A DNA stretch of 64,000 nucleotides. Source: Bacteroidales bacterium. Lineage in GTDB: Bacteria > Bacteroidota > Bacteroidia > Bacteroidales > WCHB1-69. The stretch spans positions 8,606 through 72,605 of the forward strand of contig JBLJBB010000048.1 in the NCBI GenBank assembly GCA_047638115.1, in the 5' to 3' direction. Below, piece by piece: positions 1-8,631 of this stretch. Under the pieces are notes generated by a model, which had not been told where the DNA came from, did not search any database, and worked only from the letters and a program-made list of their open reading frames with translations. Made by a program: the position numbers and the translations under genes. Numbering within the stretch: the first letter of the stretch is position 1; each line of letters begins with the position of its first letter.

Positions 1-165
1 CTCACTACCTCCGGGAGCGGCACTCCATGTCGTAAAATTGTTGTTTACAACCGCAATTTTGTCTCCAACAGTATAGGAGTCAAAATTTTCTTGAAACACA
101 ATGGTTTGGGCTTGTAGCGCTAAAACCGCGCCTAAAATCCCAGAAAAAAGTAATAATTTTTTCAT
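1..165 (-). CDS. N-terminal fragment of a secreted protein (gene continues past the left edge)
   Basis: Minus-strand ATG at 163-165 opens MKKLLLFSGILGAVLALQAQTIVFQENFDSY..., a signal-peptide-like start. The frame is open to position 1. It is truncated, so it is not in the ORF track. Confidence 0.5.
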   Translation of the reverse strand, partial: MKKLLLFSGILGAVLALQAQTIVFQENFDSYTVGDKIAVVNNNFTTWSAAPGGSE

Positions 166-242
166 AGTTTATTATTTTAGTTAATAATGCCCAAATTTAC
201 AACATTTTTTAAATTGTACAACATTTTTTTATTTTTTTTTAC

Positions 243-275
243 AAAAAAAAAGGCACAATATTTGATATTGTGCCT
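243..275 (-). terminator. Rho-independent terminator downstream of the EF-G paralogue
   Basis: Perfect 11-bp inverted repeat aggcacaatat/atattgtgcct (251-261 / 265-275) with a 3-nt loop. On the minus strand it is followed by a T-run (A-run 243-250 on plus). Confidence 0.65.
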
Positions 276-311
276 TTTCTTAGGTAAATAAGAAATTTAT
301 CCAAAATATGA

Positions 312-2441
312 CTATTCGTCGTCTTTGTTTTCTTCTTCGTATTTTTTAATAATTTCGTTTTGAACATCCATTGGAACTTGTTGATATTCAGCAAATTTCA
401 TTCCGTAAGATGCACGTCCTGAAGTGATTGAACTTAATGTTGTAGAATATTTGTTCATTTCTGCTAATGGAATTTTTGCACGGATTTTTTGGAATTCTCC
501 TTCGCTATCCATTCCCATTACAACACCTCTACGTCCTTGAAGGTCAGTCATAACATCACCCATTCTGTCAGAAGGTACAAAAACTTCAACATCATAGATT
601 GGTTCCAAAATTTTTGGTCCAGCATTTTTAAAAGCTTCACGGAAAGCTTGACGACCCGCTAATTTGAAAGCCAACTCATTAGAGTCAACAGGGTGCATTT
701 TTCCATCATAAATATTGATCACGATATCACGTGCATAAGAACCTGTTAGAGGCCCCTCTTCAATTCTTTCATTGATCCCTTTAAGGATAGCTGGTAAGAA
801 TCTTGCATCAATAGCTCCCCCAACGATACAGTTGTTGAAAATCAATTTTCCACCCCATGGTAAGTCATAAGAATCTGTGCCACGAATTGGATATTTTGTT
901 TGGTTTGGCATTCCTTCATAATAAGGTTCAATCATCATGTGAACTTCACCAAATTGGCCAGCACCACCAGATTGTTTTTTATGACGATACATCGCCTCAG
1001 CAGATTTTGTAATGGTTTCGCGGTAAGGGATTTTAGGAGCATAATACTCAATCTCTACCTTATTTAGTTTTTCAATAATCCATTTCACAATATTAAGGTG
1101 TTGCTCACCTTGTCCAGAAATGATCACTTGTTTCAATTCTTTAGATTGTTCAGACAAGAAAGTTAAGTCTGTTTTGCGTAATTCATTTAAAATTGCGCCC
1201 AGTTTTTCATCTTCAGAATTGTTTTTAGCTCTAACTGCTGTACGGAATTTTGGTTCAGGATATTGAGTAGGCACAATCATTTCATCACCAGATTTTACTA
1301 AAGTATGTGAAGATTGTGTACCTTTTAATTTTATTGTTGCTACGATATCGCCAGCAATCGCTTTTTCAACTTTCTCTCTGTTTTTTCCTGCAATGCAAAG
1401 AAGAGATGTTAATCTTTCTTTAACATTGGTTTTATTGTTAACCATATCCATTGCTTCAGAGATTTCACCACCATACACTTTCATAATAGAGAGCTCTCCG
1501 ATATGTTGTTCAACAGATGTTTTAAAAATATAAGCTGTTGGGATCTCTGAAGTTTTGCAATGTAATGTTTTTCCAGATAGTGTTTCAACACCCGGCATTT
1601 CGTCTGGAGCTGGACAACTTCCTTTGATGATATCCATCATTCTGGTAACCCCTTGATCTGTTTTAGCAGACACACAAATAACAGGAATTGTTCCTCTAGT
1701 GATAATCCCCAATTTTAAACCCGTTGCGATCTCTTCTTCTGTTAGAGTTCCCTCTTCAAAGAATTTATCCATTAAAGCTTCATCGTTTTCAGCAGCAGCT
1801 TCAACAAGTGCATTATACATCTCTTCTGCTTTAGCTTTTTCTGATGCTGGGATCTCTTCTTCTATCACTTTTCCACCCCCAACTGGGAATTTCAACATTT
1901 TCATTTTCAATAAATCTATAACAGAATCGAATCCGATTCCAGCATTTACAGGATATTGAAATGGCATCACATTGTTTCCAAAATATTGTTTTAACTGACG
2001 AACAGTTTCATCAAAATTTGCTTTTTCATGATCCAATTGATTTACAACAAAAATAACAGGTACGTTCATTTTTTTTGTCCATCTCCATTGTATTTCGGCA
2101 CCTACATCTACTCCATTTTGTGCATTTACAACCATCATGGCTGTATCTGCAACTCTTAATGAACCAATTACTTCACCAATAAAATCATCAAAACCAGGAC
2201 AATCAATCATATTGATTTTGCAACCTTCATGTTCAGCATACATCACTGTAGCTTGAATGGATTGTTGTCTCTCTAATTCTACTTCACGATAGTCTGATAT
2301 CGTATTTTTATCTTCAACTGTGCCTCTTCTACTAATCACTCCGCCATGAAATGCCATTGCTTCAGCAAGAGTCGTTTTTCCAACGCGGTTACCTCCAATA
2401 AGGGCAACATTTCTAATTTCTTTGGTTTGATAAACTTTCAT
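312..2441 (-). CDS. Elongation factor G family translational GTPase (paralogue, non-canonical G1)
   Basis: 709 aa. G1 is GGNRVGKTT, G3 is DCPGFDDF, G4 is NQLD. EF-G domain IV/V-like C-terminus (GQFGEVHMMIEP...). Confidence 0.85.
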   Translation of the reverse strand: MKVYQTKEIRNVALIGGNRVGKTTLAEAMAFHGGVISRRGTVEDKNTISDYREVELERQQSIQATVMYAEHEGCKINMIDCPGFDDFIGEVIGSLRVADTAMMVVNAQNGVDVGAEIQWRWTKKMNVPVIFVVNQLDHEKANFDETVRQLKQYFGNNVMPFQYPVNAGIGFDSVIDLLKMKMLKFPVGGGKVIEEEIPASEKAKAEEMYNALVEAAAENDEALMDKFFEEGTLTEEEIATGLKLGIITRGTIPVICVSAKTDQGVTRMMDIIKGSCPAPDEMPGVETLSGKTLHCKTSEIPTAYIFKTSVEQHIGELSIMKVYGGEISEAMDMVNNKTNVKERLTSLLCIAGKNREKVEKAIAGDIVATIKLKGTQSSHTLVKSGDEMIVPTQYPEPKFRTAVRAKNNSEDEKLGAILNELRKTDLTFLSEQSKELKQVIISGQGEQHLNIVKWIIEKLNKVEIEYYAPKIPYRETITKSAEAMYRHKKQSGGAGQFGEVHMMIEPYYEGMPNQTKYPIRGTDSYDLPWGGKLIFNNCIVGGAIDARFLPAILKGINERIEEGPLTGSYARDIVINIYDGKMHPVDSNELAFKLAGRQAFREAFKNAGPKILEPIYDVEVFVPSDRMGDVMTDLQGRRGVVMGMDSEGEFQKIRAKIPLAEMNKYSTTLSSITSGRASYGMKFAEYQQVPMDVQNEIIKKYEEENKDDE

Positions 2442-2544
2442 TGTGGTACTTAAATTATTTTAAATTTTTAATATAACATGTTTTTTTTTTTGAGGCCGCA
2501 AATATAGTGAAAAAATCGTTTGGTTTGGAACCCAATTCAACAGA

Positions 2545-3831
2545 CTAAATTTTTACTATTTTTTTTACAACTGTTTGTTTTTCTGAATTTTGTATTTTCA
2601 AAATATAAAATGATGGTGGATAATCAAAAGCTTGTTTGTAAATCGAGTTTCCTGCATCAAAATAATTTGTGTGTGTTTCCAACAATTTGCCTCCCATTGA
2701 ATATATCTCAAATGTTAAATGAGTTGCCGTTTGAAGATGAAATTCAACACTCAGTTGATCTTGTATTGGATTGACAACTTGAACCAAAAATGGTGATACT
2801 AATTCTTTGACTGAAACCGTATTATCAATTGCAATTTGCATAATTACAGGAAGATGATCAGAAAAATTATACAGAGCATTCGCAATTGAATCGGGCACTA
2901 TACTATTAGAAGGATTGTTGATAGACCCATTGAATCTGTTCCCATCTTGCCCTAAAGCTCGATAAGAAGAGTTGATCGATTTCACCTTTTTACTTCCAAA
3001 ATACACATAAGGTGACACCAAAATAAAATCAAAACGATCATCCATTCCACCCGTTGAATAACAACCATTATCAGATGAAGTATGGGTAGATTGTGTGTGA
3101 ATAGCTGCAAATTGGGAGGCATTGTTCCAGTTTCCTGCTTGATTTATCGGATCATAGAAACGGTACAAAGTGTTTGAGTAGTTTATAAGGTGTTGGTAAG
3201 ATTGTTCAGAGGAGGAGTATAGGTTAAAATCGCCAGAAAAGATGTAATTATCAGCGATTTGAAGTTGTTCTAATTTGTTCATTAATGCTTGCGTTTGCTG
3301 ATATCTTGTAAGTTTATCAGAATCATAACTTCCCGCTTTTAAATGGGCGATTATGAAAGTAATAAAAATAGTATCTCCAGAAGCCAAATGTGGCGTTTTA
3401 TAAAACATTTTATAAGCATTTATATCTCTAACACTTGTAGTAATATAAAAATAAGAATGGAAACCCAGTTTTCTAGAATCATAAAACAACATATTGGCTA
3501 TAGAGCCACCAGAATAGTTTGTAAGGGGGCAATTCTGATAATAGTTGACACCATCGGTATTGAGTACATTATTTTTAATTCTATCTACATATGTGGATTG
3601 GCTTCCTATTTCGTTTACACAAAAAACATCCGGATTTTCATATTTGATAATTTTTTTTAAATTCAAATCTTTATCGTTCAAATAAGATGACGTAATTTCA
3701 CATCCACTGGGTACGGATGTTGTATAATACAACATATTGTATTGCATCATTTTAATTGTATCTGCTTGAATAAAAGAATGATAAAATAATATTGACAGTA
3801 ATATTAGACTAATTTTTTTAGAGATTTTCAT
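2545..3831 (-). CDS. Secreted endonuclease/exonuclease/phosphatase (EEP) family protein with T9SS C-terminal sorting domain
   Basis: Signal peptide. EEP motifs VFCVNE, SGDFNLY, SDHLPV. C-terminal ~80 aa beta domain ends ...FYILKIQNSEKQTVVKKIVKI, typical of Por/T9SS CTDs. Confidence 0.75.
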   Translation of the reverse strand: MKISKKISLILLSILFYHSFIQADTIKMMQYNMLYYTTSVPSGCEITSSYLNDKDLNLKKIIKYENPDVFCVNEIGSQSTYVDRIKNNVLNTDGVNYYQNCPLTNYSGGSIANMLFYDSRKLGFHSYFYITTSVRDINAYKMFYKTPHLASGDTIFITFIIAHLKAGSYDSDKLTRYQQTQALMNKLEQLQIADNYIFSGDFNLYSSSEQSYQHLINYSNTLYRFYDPINQAGNWNNASQFAAIHTQSTHTSSDNGCYSTGGMDDRFDFILVSPYVYFGSKKVKSINSSYRALGQDGNRFNGSINNPSNSIVPDSIANALYNFSDHLPVIMQIAIDNTVSVKELVSPFLVQVVNPIQDQLSVEFHLQTATHLTFEIYSMGGKLLETHTNYFDAGNSIYKQAFDYPPSFYILKIQNSEKQTVVKKIVKI

Positions 3832-3854
3832 TATTTATATAAGTTTATTAGTAT

Positions 3855-3879
3855 AAAAAAGAGGAGTTTTACCTCCTCT
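3855..3879 (-). terminator. Terminator hairpin downstream of ssb
   Basis: Stem agaggag (3860-3866) / ctcctct (3873-3879), followed by a T-run on the minus strand (A-run 3855-3859). Confidence 0.55.
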
Positions 3880-3889
3880 TTTCGATGTT

Positions 3890-4327
3890 TTAGAATGGCA
3901 AATCATCAGATACAAAATCGGGTTCTGTGTTCACAGGACTCGGTTCTGCCTGAGGGGCTTCAACTACTTTTACGGCAGTTGGTTTATCGCCATCCTCTTG
4001 TTTAGAGCCCAACATGGTAAATGTTGTAGCTTCGATTTCCGTAACATACTTTTTAACACCGTTATCTTCCCAACTTCGGGTACGTAATCTACCTTCCAAA
4101 TAGATTTGCTTCCCTTTGGTTAAGTACTTTTCGGCAATTTCAGCTAAAGTTCGCCAACACACAATTAAGTGCCATTCAGTTTGTTCAACTTTTTTGCCCT
4201 CCTTGTCTTTGTAGATTTCGGATGTTGCTAACGTGAAAGAGGCTTTCTTTGTCCCTCCTTCAAAGGCTCTGACTTCAGGATCTTTCCCTAGTCGGCCAAC
4301 GAGAATTACTTTGTTAATACCAGACAT
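3890..4327 (-). CDS. ssb: Single-stranded DNA-binding protein
   Basis: MSGINKVILVGRLGKDPE... OB fold, acidic C-terminal tip DDLPF. Confidence 0.95.
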   Translation of the reverse strand: MSGINKVILVGRLGKDPEVRAFEGGTKKASFTLATSEIYKDKEGKKVEQTEWHLIVCWRTLAEIAEKYLTKGKQIYLEGRLRTRSWEDNGVKKYVTEIEATTFTMLGSKQEDGDKPTAVKVVEAPQAEPSPVNTEPDFVSDDLPF

Positions 4328-4398
4328 AGTAGTTTGTTTTTAGTTCGCAACAAAGATATAATTTTTTATTAAATTGTCAAGAGTTTGAAAAAATTTTT

Positions 4399-5448
4399 TT
4401 ATTTTTTTATCATGGGTTTAAAGGCGGATCTATTCAATATAATCTGTAAGTCTTTGGTTTGCATAAGTTGTTCTAAAGTAACCTCAGGATTATTTTTCAT
4501 ATACTCTTTGACGATTTTCCAACCCAAAAATTGTCCCATTCTACCTGGTGATCGATTTCCAAAAGGTTTTGTAAATGGTGATTCTTCTATGAAAATTCTA
4601 ACAACATCATCATCTTTAGAAAAAAGTTTCTGTTGTTCCACGATATATCCCCATACATTTGGATAAAAATTTTCAGCCCATTGATATTTTTCCTCGGAAT
4701 AACCAATAATATCTTGTAATGGTGTTTTAGGCAACATCATCTCTGTAAAATAGAGTTTTTTCCCTTCAATAATCATATTTTCTATAAAAGTTGTGGGTTC
4801 TTGTTCTGGGAGATGTTTATAAACAATCGCTTTTTTAAAGATATCAACGGTTAAGTATTTTGATTCAAAACGTTCGCTGATATATTTTGGAATTCCCAAT
4901 TTTTGATAGTGAGAACATGTTGTTCCTAAATACATATCTAAATTTACATATACAATTTCATCAAAAATATATACTGATGGCATCTGTAAATCAATTCCAG
5001 GTATTATGGTAATAATTTTAGGAATTTTTTGATTTGGAAAATAGACTAAATAGTATGAAAATGCTTGTTGTAAATCGTTTTCAAATGGATTTAAATTTGG
5101 ATATTTTTGTTGAACTTTTTGATAAATATCTTTAATAACAGGATCTGTTAAATAGTTTTGTAACATGGCCAACAGTTCCGGATTTGTACAAATATTTTTG
5201 TCTATCAAATAGGTTGGGTATTTTTCTGCAAGTTTTAATACTTCGGTATTCAGTTGATTCATATCCATACCAAACAAATCTTGGTCATATCTTTGAATAT
5301 CAATTTGAATCCTCTTTTTAACTTCTTTCAATTCTGATTGAGAGACCTGCAATTTTCTTTCCTTTTCAGGCCAAAAGAAAACACTTACAATGGCAATAAC
5401 AAGGATTGCTATTACTGTTATAATTATAAAAATCTTTTTGTTTTTCAT
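4399..5448 (-). CDS. gldB: GldB-like gliding-motility protein
   Basis: 349 aa with an N-terminal membrane anchor. Motifs I associate with GldB: IDIQRYDQDLF near the N-terminus and SPFTKPFGNRSPGRMGQFLGWKIV near the C-terminus. Recognition from memory only. Confidence 0.55.
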   Translation of the reverse strand: MKNKKIFIIITVIAILVIAIVSVFFWPEKERKLQVSQSELKEVKKRIQIDIQRYDQDLFGMDMNQLNTEVLKLAEKYPTYLIDKNICTNPELLAMLQNYLTDPVIKDIYQKVQQKYPNLNPFENDLQQAFSYYLVYFPNQKIPKIITIIPGIDLQMPSVYIFDEIVYVNLDMYLGTTCSHYQKLGIPKYISERFESKYLTVDIFKKAIVYKHLPEQEPTTFIENMIIEGKKLYFTEMMLPKTPLQDIIGYSEEKYQWAENFYPNVWGYIVEQQKLFSKDDDVVRIFIEESPFTKPFGNRSPGRMGQFLGWKIVKEYMKNNPEVTLEQLMQTKDLQIILNRSAFKPMIKK

Positions 5449-5458
5449 TCTTTACTAA

Positions 5459-6052
5459 TTATTTTTCCCATTTCCAAGTATCTATCATCTTTAAAACATC
5501 TGATTTTAGATATTTAATAACGGGTTCCAATGAATCATTATTGGGTACAAAATTAAAATATAAGGTTGCACGAACATAATAATTTGAGCTGTCAGAAATC
5601 CAAAATTTTAAAGGTGTTGCGGCTTCTTTTCCAACAATTTCGTACAATTGACCATATATTTTTTCTTTAGAATCATTGATTATGGAATACTGAATATCAT
5701 CTGCTTTTCTTTTCTCCACGTGAAACATTAGCATTTTTTCCTCATTTACAACGTGTTCTCTCAAGTCGTTTTTAAGAGAAATCATAGTCATCTTTAAAGA
5801 TGCGTTATATTGTGGATAATAGAGGTCCATCCAATAGTTGTTTTCCACTTTTTTTACGATCGTAAACTGGGCCATTTTATTATACTGAAAAGTAAATGGG
5901 AGTATGCTATCCCAAACCTTATAGTCTGGTTCTGGAGTCGCAATTCTGAAATATCCTTGAGGTTTTGCAGAATTTGGTTCCTCTTTATGAATACAGGCAA
6001 CTCCAAGGAGTGCCTGTATTATGATGATGATGTATAAAAGTTTAAAATTCAT
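5459..6052 (-). CDS. gldD: GldD-like gliding-motility lipoprotein
   Basis: 197 aa. Signal peptide with Cys (LLGVAC), then KPQGYFRIATPEPDY, which resembles the conserved GldD N-terminus. The size fits. Confidence 0.55.
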   Translation of the reverse strand: MNFKLLYIIIIIQALLGVACIHKEEPNSAKPQGYFRIATPEPDYKVWDSILPFTFQYNKMAQFTIVKKVENNYWMDLYYPQYNASLKMTMISLKNDLREHVVNEEKMLMFHVEKRKADDIQYSIINDSKEKIYGQLYEIVGKEAATPLKFWISDSSNYYVRATLYFNFVPNNDSLEPVIKYLKSDVLKMIDTWKWEK

Positions 6053-8472
6053 TATTCTGGATCATTTTTAATTCTCATAGAATAGAATGATCTATACGCA
6101 AAGATTAACCCTATGATTAAGAAAAACCCACCAATAAATGGAGTATAATCAAAACCATCTGTTGCTTTAGATTCCTGTTTCATTAAAACTGCAATTTCAA
6201 CAGCTAACAAACCGAATAGTGTTGAAAATTTAATAATTGGGTTAATAGAAACAGAAGTGGTGTCTTTGTAAGGATCTCCAACTGTATCGCCAACAACAAC
6301 AGCTTCATGAAGATCTGTGTTTTTCTCTTTTAAGTCTACTTCAACAACTTTTTTGGCATTATCCCATGCTCCCCCTGCATTTGCCATATAAAGGGCTTGA
6401 AATAGACCAAAAACTGCTATAGAAACCAAATAAGAAACAAAGAAATTTGGATCAAAAAAGGCAAAAGCCAAAGTAAGTGTAAAAATAACAATAAAGATAT
6501 TCCACATCCCTTTTATTGCATATTGAGTACAAATTTTAACCACTGTTTTTGAATCTTCTACACTTGCCTCCGTTTTACTTAAATTGATGTTTTTCTTAAT
6601 AAACTCAACGGCCCTATATGCACCAGCAGTTACTGCTTGCATGGAAGCTCCACTAAACCAAAAAATTACAGATCCACCAGTAATAAAACCAAGAATAACT
6701 GGAGCGTCAGTCAGACTAAGGTTAAGTAATCCTTGTGTTTTTAACAATAAAATAATGGCAAAAATCATAGTCGTTGCACCAACAACTGCCGTTCCAATAA
6801 GAACTGGTTTTGCTGTTGCTTTGAAAGTGTTCCCAGCACCATCGTTTGCTTCAAGGAAGTGTTTTCCTTTTTTAAAATCTGGAGTAAAACCATAATCTTT
6901 TTCAATCTCCTCTTTTATTCCAGGTATTTTTTCCATTTGAGATAATTCAAAAACGGATTGTGCATTATCAGTAACTGGTCCGTAGCTATCCACTGCAATG
7001 GTGATGGGCCCCATTCCTAAGAACCCAAACGCAACCAATCCAAAGGCAAAAATAGATGAGTATTCTCCAAACAATTCTAGACCTGAAATGGAAACAAAAA
7101 AGGCACCTAACATTAGACCAACCATTAATAAACCAATCCAAAAAGCACTAAAGTTACCAGCAACCATACCTGAAAGAATATTTAAGGATGCCCCACCCTC
7201 TCTTGAAGAAATAACAACTTCATTAACATGAGCAGATTGTGAGCTAGTAAAAATTTTTGTAAACTCTGGAATAATGGCTGCCGCAAATGTTCCAAAACTA
7301 ATAATTGTGGCTAACCTCCACCATAAATCGGGTGTATATAAATCGTTTGTACCAACTAAAGAATTGTTGCTTAAAAGGATATAACTTATAACATAAGTTA
7401 CTATGATTGAAATAATTGATGTTACCCATACCAATGCCGTAAGTGGTCCTTCAAAATTAAATCTTTCTACATTTTCATATCTTGCTTTGGCTACAAATTG
7501 ATTGATTTTATATGAAAATATGGAAGTAAATACCATTAAAATTCTCATGGCAAATAACCAAACAATCAACAAACTTTGAAATTCAATCATACTTGGCATA
7601 ACCAAAATGATAAATGTTATTAACGCTACACCTGTTACGCCATACGTCTCAAAACCATCTGCTGTTGGTCCTACGCTATCTCCAGCATTGTCTCCAGTAC
7701 AATCGGCAATAACTCCAGGATTTCTAGGATCATCCTCCCCTATTTTGAAAACCACTTTCATCAAATCTGCACCAATATCTGCTATTTTAGTAAAAATACC
7801 ACCCGCAATTCTTAAAGCACTTGCTCCCAATGATTCTCCAATTGCAAACCCTATTAAACATGCTCCAGCACTTTTTGCTGGCATAAATAACAAAATGACT
7901 AGCATCATGATTAATTCAACAGTGATTAACAACAACCCAACGCTCATACCTGATTGTAATGGAATAGATACAACATTCCATGGTTTCCCTTTAAGAGATG
8001 CAAAAGATGTTCTACTGTTCGCTAATGTGTTTACTCTGATACCAAACCAAGCAACACCATATGAACCCAATATACCTAAAACTGTCCAAGTTAATATTAT
8101 CAAAACATCTGGTGCTGTTTTATGACTCAAAACACCAAAATAAAAAACAATGGCTGATCCAATTATTAGGAATAAAATAATTAAAAATCTTCCTTGTTGT
8201 AGAAGATATGTTTTACATGTTGCATAGATGATTTTTGCAATACTTGCCATTGAATGGTGAACGGGTTGTTTTCTAATTTGAAAAACTTGGTAAAGTCCAA
8301 AAAATAGACCGAGAAAAACTATTATAGATCCCCACATCAATAAGCTCCAACCGGTTAATAATCCATTGAAAAATGTAACATTTTTGAAATCTGGAAGCAT
8401 AATATCTGCTTCTCCTGCCTGGACTAAAAAGGGAGTCAGTAATGCTCCCAAAATGAATAAATGTTTCTTCAT
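6052..8472 (-). CDS. hppA: Membrane-integral K+/Na+/H+-translocating pyrophosphatase
   Basis: 806 aa polytopic protein. Signature acidic motifs DCTGDNAGDSVGPTADGFETY and GDTVGDPYKDT. Confidence 0.92.
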   Translation of the reverse strand: MKKHLFILGALLTPFLVQAGEADIMLPDFKNVTFFNGLLTGWSLLMWGSIIVFLGLFFGLYQVFQIRKQPVHHSMASIAKIIYATCKTYLLQQGRFLIILFLIIGSAIVFYFGVLSHKTAPDVLIILTWTVLGILGSYGVAWFGIRVNTLANSRTSFASLKGKPWNVVSIPLQSGMSVGLLLITVELIMMLVILLFMPAKSAGACLIGFAIGESLGASALRIAGGIFTKIADIGADLMKVVFKIGEDDPRNPGVIADCTGDNAGDSVGPTADGFETYGVTGVALITFIILVMPSMIEFQSLLIVWLFAMRILMVFTSIFSYKINQFVAKARYENVERFNFEGPLTALVWVTSIISIIVTYVISYILLSNNSLVGTNDLYTPDLWWRLATIISFGTFAAAIIPEFTKIFTSSQSAHVNEVVISSREGGASLNILSGMVAGNFSAFWIGLLMVGLMLGAFFVSISGLELFGEYSSIFAFGLVAFGFLGMGPITIAVDSYGPVTDNAQSVFELSQMEKIPGIKEEIEKDYGFTPDFKKGKHFLEANDGAGNTFKATAKPVLIGTAVVGATTMIFAIILLLKTQGLLNLSLTDAPVILGFITGGSVIFWFSGASMQAVTAGAYRAVEFIKKNINLSKTEASVEDSKTVVKICTQYAIKGMWNIFIVIFTLTLAFAFFDPNFFVSYLVSIAVFGLFQALYMANAGGAWDNAKKVVEVDLKEKNTDLHEAVVVGDTVGDPYKDTTSVSINPIIKFSTLFGLLAVEIAVLMKQESKATDGFDYTPFIGGFFLIIGLIFAYRSFYSMRIKNDPE

Positions 8473-8585
8473 AATGTTATTTTTTTGTTTAAATCCTAAT
8501 TCTACTTAATCGGAAATTTAGATGCAAAGTTACATATAAATATTCAAAATTTTTGTTAATTCTTTATTCTTCATCTATATAGGCC

Positions 8586-8608
8586 AAAAAAGGAGCAAAA
8601 TTGCTCCT
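8586..8608 (-). terminator. Terminator hairpin downstream of the MFS gene
   Basis: aggagc (8591-8596) / gctcct (8603-8608), flanked by A- and T-runs (bidirectional appearance). Confidence 0.55.
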
Positions 8609-8631
8609 TTTTTAACTTTTATTTTGAAAAA

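Noticed and set aside
6584-8125. Plus-strand ORFs inside the pyrophosphatase gene (6584-6895, 6998-7231, 7607-8125)
   Set aside because: These are antisense shadow ORFs of a confidently identified 806-aa membrane protein, with Pro/Ala/Ser-rich low-complexity translations. The same reasoning applies to the antisense ORFs inside EF-G, MFS, typA, hsdM, mutS and others.
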